From Diplonema japonicum (lineage: Eukaryota > Protista > Euglenozoa: Diplonemea): a DNA stretch of 64,000 nt. The stretch is taken from NCBI GenBank assembly GCA_964019335.1, contig OZ025665.1:620001-684000 (forward strand). Direction: 5' to 3'. Within the stretch, counting starts at the first letter, position 1; the number at the start of each line of letters is the position of its first letter. This document shows positions 55,928-64,000 of this stretch, piece after piece. The notes below the pieces were generated by a model. That model was not told the origin of the DNA, searched no databases, and worked only from the letters and a program-made list of their open reading frames with translations. The translations under genes were made by a program, and so were the position numbers.

Positions 55928-56308
55928 AAATACAAGAGAAAAAAAAAAAGAAAAAGAGACAACAAAATAAGAATAAAACTCGCTAAAATTTCAGCGTGCA
56001 CGTGGGAGGGGGGGGGAGGGTGCTCAATGAGATTGCAAACTAATCTTGTTTGTTTCGCTTCTTTTTTTTTCTTTTTTTTTCTTTCTGTCGGAAACAAGAA
56101 ACACCAGGAACCTTGGGTCCGCCAATGTGTTGTTTCGAGCCAAGTACAAGAGTGTGGAAGTGAGTCACGTAACAGGGAGAGAAAGTAAAAAGATTTTCTT
56201 ATTCTTGAAAACACAAACAGAAACTAACTTTTTTTTGTACTATCTTGGAAAGAGAGATGCGCACTGGGTCACACGGCGTTTTGGTCAATGACATGGCTTG
56301 ATGCAAGC

Positions 56309-58660
56309 TCATGGCTTGAAGGTGTAAGAGAACCTCCCCTGGGAGACGAGGTTGGAGCAGTCGACGGTAGCGGTGGTGGGGATGTGAAGGCCCTTGGCGC
56401 CGTTGTAGAAGACGCAGAAGTTCTCAGCAGCGCCCTGCTCCTGGTGCTGCGCAGAGGACGGGCAGGGGTAGCTCGCAGGGGGTGACACAGACCCGTCCCA
56501 GATGTAGCTGAAGGAGTTCTCCTTAGGCCAGTAACTGCAGTCAGCGCTGAGGGACTGCGGGGGCGGGATGATGACACCGTTGGTGTTGTTCCTCCACTCG
56601 CAGGTGCGCGTCCCGTCGGTGTTGTTCGTGACCACTGTCTCAGGGGGGCACTGGGGCTGCGGCATCGGAGCGCCGCCCTGCACGAAGGCCAGCGTGGGCG
56701 CAGATGTGATCCCACACTGGTCGCTGCCCCTCTCCAGCCTGATGTACCCGTCCTCGCCCCAGTCCGCACCCCATGAGTTCTTGATAAGCCAGTACTTGGT
56801 CCCCTGGTCCACACCGTACCCAACGAGCAGCACTGCATGGTCGGGCTCGTGGTTGCAGCACCCCGTCATGATGCCCCCTGTGTACGGCCACCACAGCTGC
56901 GTCATCGCGTCCACTGTGATGGACACAGGGCCGTACTTCACAAGAGCAGCCGCCATGGCGTCCTCGCTGTTGTTCACACCGTAGTAGCCGGTCACCTTGA
57001 CGTCTGCCATGGTGTGGCCCGCAGTGCACTGGGGGACGTTGCCCTGCCCGGACACGTACGGGTAGCTCTCTTCTGTGGCGTCCCCGTTCTGCTTCACATA
57101 CTCGATCGCAAGGTACGGCCATCCGCCGTCGCACCCGTCGCAGTTCTTTTCGCAGCTCACCAGCTCCTGCTCCGAGAGGCTCTGCAGCGAGTTCCCCGCC
57201 ATTGCCCACGCACCCTCGATCACACCGGTGGTGCTGAACGACCAGCAAGAACCACACTGGGCCTGGTTCTTCACAGGGGTGACAACACCCTTCGTCCTCC
57301 AGTCGATGGACTCGGGGAGGCTCCTGACGTCCTCGTCGGTGATGGCAAGCTCCTTCGGGAGTGGCGGCACAGCACCCTCAGGTGTCTTCCTGGCACAGTC
57401 TCTGTAGTGGAGCTCGTACTCGGCCTTCGACCAGTCGGCAAGGCTGTTCGGCATGCCCGTTGCCTTGTTCTTCATGAGGAAGGCGCTCAGGTGCTTCCTG
57501 AAGTTCTCGAACCTCTGCGCCTCCTCCACAGGGTTCGCGTACTGCTTGCTGTGGTGGGCCTTCCACTTCTGGAACATCTCTTGGTGCCTGTCCAGAGTGT
57601 GGGTGCGGTCCACAGGTTCCTCCGAGGTAGCGGGTCTCTTCTTCCAGTCTGGGAGCTGCTTCGAGTCCCCGAAGATGGACCTGTTCGCAGCGATGGCTGT
57701 GCTGATGGAGAAAGATGCGGCACCCCACTCCATCTGGCAACTGAACTCGGCGTTGGGGGGAAGGAGGAAGTAGCAGCCTCCCTTGTTCCCAAAGTCGTTC
57801 TGGTTGGAGCCCCATGCGCAGACGTTCGCACCACCGATCCCGCAGTGGAAGGAGTTGTAGCCGTTGTTCGTGCTGGACGAGGTCACCATCACAACGAGGT
57901 CCCGGTCGTTGTGGTTGTTCGTGTAGGCACAGTCGCACATGTTGGGCTTGGGGTAGGACACCAGGGGGCAGTCCCACTTAGTCTCGACGGCGGCGCTGGG
58001 GGTGAGGTAGGGCTGCTTGAAGGACAGGGCAGATGAGGTGCGCATGTTGACGCTGCCCTGGGCACGGCAGGTCATCGACGTCTTCGCGGGGAGGATGTAG
58101 CCGCAGGAGTAGCCACCTGTCCCGTTCACGGCGTAGCTGCACAGTGTCATTGTGGCCCCTGCGTTGCTGTAGGTGCAGTCGTATGTGTTCCGGGAGCTGC
58201 CGGAGGTTTCGAAGGACTGAGCCACCCACATGTCAGTGGACTCGGTGTTGGTGAAGGTGCACGAGCCGCCGGTGCAGGGGACGTGCTTCTGCTCCGTCGA
58301 GAGGACCGAGCCGGCCAGGGGGGCAGAGTGGGCCCCGATGAAGTGGATAGTCCCCTGCGACTGGCACTGGAACTGGCCCCCTGCGGGGAGGAGGAAGTAG
58401 CAGTCCCCTGCGCTCCCGCTGTCCGCCGCTGACCACTTCCTGCTGCAGTAGGTCATCTGCCCGTCGCTGCAGCTGAACGACCCCTCCGTCTCCCCAGACG
58501 CAAGCTCTACCTGGAAGAAAATGCTCACAGCCTCGTCCGCGCTTCCCGTGTTACGGTAGTTGCAGTTCCCACTCCCCGACGGGCAGTTGATGGACGTCCA
58601 CTGCATCGCCTGCGCCGAGGCGGCCAGCAGCAGGGCCAGCACTGTGCGTGTCGCGGTCAT
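56309..58660 (-). CDS. Papain-family (C1A, cathepsin L-like) cysteine protease with I29 propeptide and extra N- and C-terminal Cys-rich repeats
   Basis: Signal peptide; FQKWKAHHSKQY..EEAQRFENF; DWRTKGVVTPVKNQAQCGSCWSF, DHAVLLVGYG, YWLIKNSWG. Confidence 0.95.
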   Translation of the reverse strand: MTATRTVLALLLAASAQAMQWTSINCPSGSGNCNYRNTGSADEAVSIFFQVELASGETEGSFSCSDGQMTYCSRKWSAADSGSAGDCYFLLPAGGQFQCQSQGTIHFIGAHSAPLAGSVLSTEQKHVPCTGGSCTFTNTESTDMWVAQSFETSGSSRNTYDCTYSNAGATMTLCSYAVNGTGGYSCGYILPAKTSMTCRAQGSVNMRTSSALSFKQPYLTPSAAVETKWDCPLVSYPKPNMCDCAYTNNHNDRDLVVMVTSSSTNNGYNSFHCGIGGANVCAWGSNQNDFGNKGGCYFLLPPNAEFSCQMEWGAASFSISTAIAANRSIFGDSKQLPDWKKRPATSEEPVDRTHTLDRHQEMFQKWKAHHSKQYANPVEEAQRFENFRKHLSAFLMKNKATGMPNSLADWSKAEYELHYRDCARKTPEGAVPPLPKELAITDEDVRSLPESIDWRTKGVVTPVKNQAQCGSCWSFSTTGVIEGAWAMAGNSLQSLSEQELVSCEKNCDGCDGGWPYLAIEYVKQNGDATEESYPYVSGQGNVPQCTAGHTMADVKVTGYYGVNNSEDAMAAALVKYGPVSITVDAMTQLWWPYTGGIMTGCCNHEPDHAVLLVGYGVDQGTKYWLIKNSWGADWGEDGYIRLERGSDQCGITSAPTLAFVQGGAPMPQPQCPPETVVTNNTDGTRTCEWRNNTNGVIIPPPQSLSADCSYWPKENSFSYIWDGSVSPPASYPCPSSAQHQEQGAAENFCVFYNGAKGLHIPTTATVDCSNLVSQGRFSYTFKP

Positions 58661-58953
58661 TGTGTTCCACAAATTTGAATCTGCTCATGTTATTCATTTT
58701 TATTTGAACAAAAAAAGATAAGATTCAGAGAAAAAGAAAACAAGGGAGGGGGGGAGGGGGGATAAACTACAACAATCACACAAACCAAGGAAAAAAAAGA
58801 AAGAGAAAAAGAAGATATCGACAGTAGAGGGAGAAAAAAAAGGGGAGATAAAAGAGTTTTCAAAAAAAAAAAAGACCCCCCAACATACATTACAGGAGGA
58901 GGGGAAGAAATGGGGGAAAGAGCCTGCCAAATAACGGGCTGTGTTTCTCCTTC

Positions 58954-59898
58954 TCAATTATTGTTCTTTGACCCGGTGCTTTTTCTCTTCCTCGCAACAG
59001 AGACCCTCTTCTTCTTTGGAGGTGTGGGGTTTGCGTCATTGTCAACAGATCGCTTCATGGAAGGCTTCTTTGACGTGGAGGGGCGTTGTTTTGATGTGGA
59101 AAGGCGTTGCTTTGCGGCTTCAAACTGCTCGTCGGTGAACTCAGGTATGCCATCATCACCGTCATCGTTGTCATCCCCCATTCCATATTTCTGAGCTAAT
59201 GTAGTGAACATTGAGTTGAACTCATCTTGCATGAGCTCTTTCAAGGCAACTTGAACATCGCTCTTGTTGCCTTTGGTTGCTTGTGCGGTCATTTTTTCAA
59301 GCTGCTCAACTTCAGCTGCTTCCTCCTCAACGGTGGCTCGATATTCCTCGTAGGACTTCTTTTTTCTGTTCGCAGGTGACAGAGGTGATGTCTGTGTCCA
59401 TTCTGTTGTTCTTTCAAGAACCTTGTCGTCGATGAGCTTTGCTATTACCCTGCAAATCCGTTTCTCCTCATCCAGATCGACGGCCTGGAAATAGATATCT
59501 TCCCTGAGCTGATAGAAATCCCCGGAGTGGGTGTTGTACGCTTCAATAATCGACTCCCTTTCCTCCTCGCTGTTTTTGTACCCCGTTGAAAAATTCTCGA
59601 CCTGTTCTTTCGTCACTTGCTGGAACATCATCTTCACCAGATCGTTGAGGTTGTCCGCGTCAAGACCCCCTTCGTGCACCCGACCTGTCTGGTCATAGTA
59701 CTTCTTCTTCCCCTCGTCCTTCAGCACTGCATACACGTACCCCACCTTCTTGAACATGGTGTCATCCCCATTGTTTCTGTCGGGGTGGTACTTTAAGGCT
59801 TGTTTCTTGTATGCTTTCGCTATCTGTGGCAAGCTGCTTCCTTTTTGCAACCCTAGAACTTCATACAAACACTCATCCTCACCTAGGATTGAGTCCAT
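58954..59898 (-). CDS. DnaJ-domain protein (DNAJC9-like)
   Basis: ATG 59898; LYEVLGL..KAYKKQALKYHPDRN; YKNSEEE; basic NLS-like PPKKKR. Confidence 0.88.
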   Translation of the reverse strand: MDSILGEDECLYEVLGLQKGSSLPQIAKAYKKQALKYHPDRNNGDDTMFKKVGYVYAVLKDEGKKKYYDQTGRVHEGGLDADNLNDLVKMMFQQVTKEQVENFSTGYKNSEEERESIIEAYNTHSGDFYQLREDIYFQAVDLDEEKRICRVIAKLIDDKVLERTTEWTQTSPLSPANRKKKSYEEYRATVEEEAAEVEQLEKMTAQATKGNKSDVQVALKELMQDEFNSMFTTLAQKYGMGDDNDDGDDGIPEFTDEQFEAAKQRLSTSKQRPSTSKKPSMKRSVDNDANPTPPKKKRVSVARKRKSTGSKNNN

Positions 59899-60690
59899 TT
59901 TTTTTTTTCTCCCTTCCTCCTTTGGGGGCGGCAATGCTGCAATTACAAAAAGAAAAAAAAGAAGAAGAAAAAAAAAAAAAAAAACTCCACAAAAAAAGGG
60001 GAAATGTAGCCCGACGTGTGGTCCCTTCCTCTCTTTGTCCATTCTATTTTTTGTTTCCTTCGGGAATTTTTTTTTCTTTTGGAAATAGGGTGGGTAGGGG
60101 GGGGGGGGGGGGGGGGGAAGGGGAAGAGTGCCGGCAAAAAAAAGGGGGGCCGTTGCTATCACTAACTCCAGTTATTAACGAAAAGTAATATGAGCTCGTC
60201 CGGAAATAAAAAACTAATGTCAACAAATGACCCTCGCAGATTTCATTACATAAGTAAAAAGGAGTGGTTCGCCTGTAGACTGGCCATCTTAGCTTGAACA
60301 CCATGTAGGTCACAGGGCACGGCGTTTGTTTTATTTTTAAAACGCGCAACGACATTGTTTTTTAGAATGGTTTCTTGTCTTCCGCCCTCCTCCCGTACCC
60401 CAAACACCAAGGTATCACCCCAAATGTTGGCATCTTATTCCGGAAGAGCTTCATATTATAGAAGAAAAAGAAGGAAAAAAACTCCCCCGTCTTAAAAAAA
60501 AAAGGGTTAAAAAAAAAAAAGGTTAACAGGAACAAGGGGGGGAAAGGAGATTCACCGCCTATTAAGAAAGAAAAAAAAACCCCCCACTCCCCGGCTTTCT
60601 CAAAGATGGTTTTGTTTCCTCTGCTTTTCCTTCTCAAATAAAATAACGAAGCCGAATGGTTAAGCAAACAAAAAAAACAAAAAACAAAAT

Positions 60691-63600
60691 CTAGCTTTGC
60701 TCAGCCCCTGTGGGGGGTTCCTCCGCTGGTTGCTCAGCCACAGAAGAGGAATTCAGCCAATCACGGGGATTCGGGTTTTGTATTTTTTTCACATCTTTAA
60801 TATCTACAACCTCCTCGCACATCATGCAGGGTTCTCCCTAGTGTTGGTTTAATACCCCCTTTAAAAAAGAACACACCTGTCTCACCATCTCAGAGTAAGG
60901 TCCAAACAGTGCAGGGAATTTGCAATTAGGGCAACTCGACCACTCCGATAGCAACATATGCTGCCTGAGAAAGAAAAATTTAAAAAGAAATAATAAAACA
61001 AAAAAAAAGGGGGGGGAAGTCCCTCTCCATACCCCGTGGCAATGCAGTAGGGGACATTGTTCTTGCACCTCGGGCAGTCCAGCATGGTCATCGGCACAGC
61101 AGTGTTGCAGAAGGGACACGGCCCCACAGGCTCCGGTGGGTCGGTCAGGTCTGCCTCCTGTGTTGGTGGTGTTAAAGAACAAAAAGAAAATAAACAGTAC
61201 GCACCGTTTTCTTCTTCCCGTTGTTGTCCTTTGAGTAGTACCCTGGCTTCCTCACTATCGTGTCCATTCGCTTCCTGTGCTTTTCGGGGATCTCCTTTCT
61301 ATCGGATGTGACCAGCTCCTTGGCGTAGTGGTAGGCACTCTTGTCGAAGCCTGCCTTGTTGCACTCCGTCACACACGACGTGAGGATGGGCACAACGTGC
61401 TTGGGGAACTTCGGGATGTTCTTCGCCACTCTGATCAGCATGCGTGACGCCTTCTCGTGGTCCTGCAGCGCCTTCATGAGCGGTTTCGCGATGAGGTACG
61501 AGTGCAGCAACATGAGGTTCCACCTCAGCTCCGATGGGATAGTGATGCCGTGTTTCTCGAGGTCCTTGTACGTCTGGAACAGTAACCTGTGTGCGATCCT
61601 GTAGTGGCCCATCTTCTGCTCTCTGCGTGCAATGACAATAGCCATGCCGCACCCCTTGTCGTACTTCCCAAGTGCCATGTACAGTGAGAACAAGTACTTT
61701 GGATCCCTCGGCACTTGGCTGTCCTCGTCTGTTGTGAGGAACGTGATCAGCACCTTGTTCAGCTTGTCGTTTTGTGCCTCACCCACGACCTCGATGGCTT
61801 TGTTGATGCAAACATCCGTCTGCTTTACTCTGCTCTCCTCGTCCTCCGCACGATGGATTCCTTGTTCCAGCGTGCTCACCATGTCTAAGTACTTCTGCAG
61901 CGCCTTGTCGTACCTCTTGCACTTCAGGTAGTAGTCGCCCGCCTGTTGTGTTGTACTTCATATGTTGCTGCATACCGTGTTGTTCTTGCCCTTCTCCTCA
62001 TAGTAGTTGGCGATGGCGAGATAGTCTTCCACCGACCCATTGCTGCTCAGCACAGACGCGTACTGTTTGTGTTTTTTTTTTTTTTTTTTTTCCAATATTT
62101 CCCCCAACATACTGTGTGCATGTGGTCATGCAGCGACGCCAGCTCGAACGCTTCCTCTGTTTTCTTTGCAAGAAGGAGGAACTCGATGGCTGTCTCAGGG
62201 TTCCCGTCCTTTTGACATCTCTTCGCCACCAGTGCTGCCGCTTCAGCAGACTTCGTCCTGCGCACCACATCGTAGGCAGACGAGATGTCATTGAGGTGCT
62301 CGACAAGGAGGCGGACCACGTTGTCCCAGTCCTCCGCAGCAAGGTAGGCCTGCTTCGCCGCCTCGTAGTCCTTGTCATGCTCTTTCGCAGCACCGTAGAG
62401 ACCTTGTATTCTGTGTGAGTTAATGCGTGGCATTAGCGTTGCTGCTGCTTTCAGGTTCTTGTTCTGGCAGATGTAAATCTCAGCCGCCTTGTTGAAATTT
62501 TCCGCTTGTTCGTACAGCTGCGCAGCTTCTGTCCACTGCTTCAGCTCTTCGAAGATCTGTGCGCACTCCACTGCAAGTGACGGTGCTTCCGTCTGCATGG
62601 CGATTTGGAACCCCCGCGTAATATCTCCCATCCTGATGGTGATCCTGGCAATGCCTGCCTGGCACTGCTCGTTGTGCAAGTGGAGTTCCCTTCTCTTCTG
62701 CTCGTCCACGCTAGGGTCGATGCTGATGGCGCCCCTGTTGTACATGTCCAGCGCTGGCTGCAGCTCGCCCTTGAACTCCAGCTGCGTGGCATACTCTTTC
62801 GAGATGTAAGGTATCTCCTCGGGTGCCATCTTTTCAGACAGCTCCAACGCCTCGTTCCAATGCATGAGGTTTCTCCGCATCTCGAGGGCCAACTTGGGGT
62901 TCGAGGATTTCATGAAATGGTTTTGCGCTTCATTAAAATTCTTAAAGAGCATAGCCACGTGGCCCAGCAGCAGGGTCTTCTCGCTGACGTGTAAGAGCTT
63001 GTCCAGAGCGAGGACCATAGCAGGCTGCTGTACCATGCGATAGACCCTGATGGCCATAGGGATATCAAGAAGATGCAGGGCTCTGTCCGCGAGATACCAG
63101 CAGTCCTGAGTCGACAGCCTTTGTGCGTAGCTCCATGCTGCGTCCAGCCTGTTCAGCGACAGGCAATTGTGAAAGGCCTGCTGCACCTGGTCGCCTACAA
63201 CTCTGTTGCTCACTGTGGCGTTTACGTGTGTGTTCAAGGACACTATGGGCATGGTGCCGTTGCCCATTTGGCACACAGCACCACCGTTGTGCACCAAGAT
63301 AGGCGTGAAGTGCGCGGGCTTGTCTGTCACCTTGACTTCATCAGTAACAGGCTTTCCGGGAAGGGAGGTGCACACAGGGCCGCACTTGGGACCCCACCTT
63401 GTGTTTGGCGAGTACACGTACGTGGTGAAGTGCTTGGTGTCGCACCCAATGAAGACACCCCAGTCGGAGCTGTCCCATAACAGCTTGTCTGTGTTGACAT
63501 TGAACTGATCGACTTTGCACAGCGAGTCGTCGACAGGGGAGTAGATGTACGCGTCGTTGGCATCATCCATGAAGGCAAGTCGCGTGCCTTCCGTGTTTGG

Positions 63601-64000
63601 GAAGATGGACCGGATGCCAATTGGCGTCCGGTACTCGGAGATGATAGTCCAGTCGTCGAGGGAGAAGTAAACAATGGAACCTTGGTTCGTGCTGTACATC
63701 ATGAACTTGGGTGACATGGCAACAGATGTGATGCGGGTATCACCTTCCTTCTCAGGGAACACCTTCTGCTGCATCCGCTCGTCCATGTCAGATCGCATGC
63801 CCTCTGAGTCGAGTGTGTCGATCACGTGCAGCGTCACCTTTCCTTCCGATATCACCGCTGCATACTCCATGCTGAGTTTCACCTGCTCTACACTGTAAGC
63901 ATAGGTCCTCTGGGTGACCTTGGTGGCTGCCTGTGTGCCGGTGATGCCCCGCTCGGGGAGGTGGTAGTACCACACACAGTTGTTCATCCCAACGGCAGCG
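60691..64000 (-). CDS. IFT144: Intraflagellar transport protein 144 (WDR19), 5'-partial; exons >64000-62113, 62062-61976, 61942-61205, 61157-61033, 60964-60877, 60837-60691
   Basis: ALEMRRNLMHW..AL.L, YATQLEFKG, LMLLHSY, RMLIRVAKNIPKFPKHVVPILTS; C-terminal Zn fingers CPFC..CPRC..PYCIATG|QHM..CPNCKFPA..CMMC rebuilt by splicing. Confidence 0.95.
60838..60876 (-). other. Cis-intron, 39 nt (IFT144)
   Basis: GTGTGT...acactAG. Confidence 0.85.
60965..61032 (-). other. Cis-intron, 68 nt (IFT144), pyrimidine-rich
   Basis: GTATGG...ttctcAG; rebuilds CIATG|QHM. Confidence 0.9.
61158..61204 (-). other. Cis-intron, 47 nt (IFT144)
   Basis: GTGCGT...aacacAG. Confidence 0.8.
61943..61975 (-). other. Cis-intron, 33 nt (IFT144)
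   Basis: GTATGC...acaacAG; contains in-frame TGA. Confidence 0.88.
62063..62112 (-). other. Cis-intron, 50 nt (IFT144)
   Basis: GTATGT..(A)n..caaacAG; restores HMHT|YASVL. Confidence 0.88.

Noticed and set aside
135-60667. Many short ORFs rich in poly-K/F/P/G in spacers, and such N-terminal extensions on real ORFs (e.g. 1787-1951, 10630-10938, 59899-60162)
   Set aside because: Translations of homopolymer runs starting at non-ATG codons; no protein-like content
12835-63898. Long plus-strand ORFs antisense to real genes (e.g. 56837-58036, 44853-45758, 48864-49706)
   Set aside because: Expected shadow ORFs of GC3-rich coding sequence; no motifs
1-64000. tRNA, rRNA, snoRNA genes and non-canonical (non GT-AG) introns
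   Set aside because: None recognised by eye; tRNAscan-SE/Infernal and RNA-seq would be needed to exclude them

Overview
Eukaryotic nuclear DNA, almost certainly a diplonemid (Euglenozoa). Evidence: a diplonemid-type spliced-leader (SL) exon at 30552-30590 (-), a paraflagellar-rod family gene, and about 22 protein genes all on the minus strand (one directional gene cluster). Spacers are packed with A/T/G/C homopolymers. Genes: serine carboxypeptidase S10, an M64 metalloprotease-tetraspanin-EF-hand fusion, a probably inactive TUTase-like protein, a beta-helix protein, a ~4150-aa surface protein, DHHC-SH3 palmitoyltransferase, LRR/EF-hand proteins, partial ENGase, AP endonuclease, CAND1, a PFR paralogue, Grx5, exportin-5-like, DTD, a USP, a papain-family protease with unusual Cys-rich repeats, a DnaJ and IFT144 (partial). 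Reading by hand gives at least 15 short (33-82 nt) GT-AG introns, mostly with GTRYG donors and A/C-rich 3' ends lacking a pyrimidine tract, and clustered at gene 3' ends. Three small inverted-repeat elements are present: a foldback with 185-bp arms, an Ac/Ds-like 185-bp MITE, and a 412-bp MITE with a 6-bp TSD. There are two 200-N gaps. Family calls rest on motif recognition only; no database searches were run.
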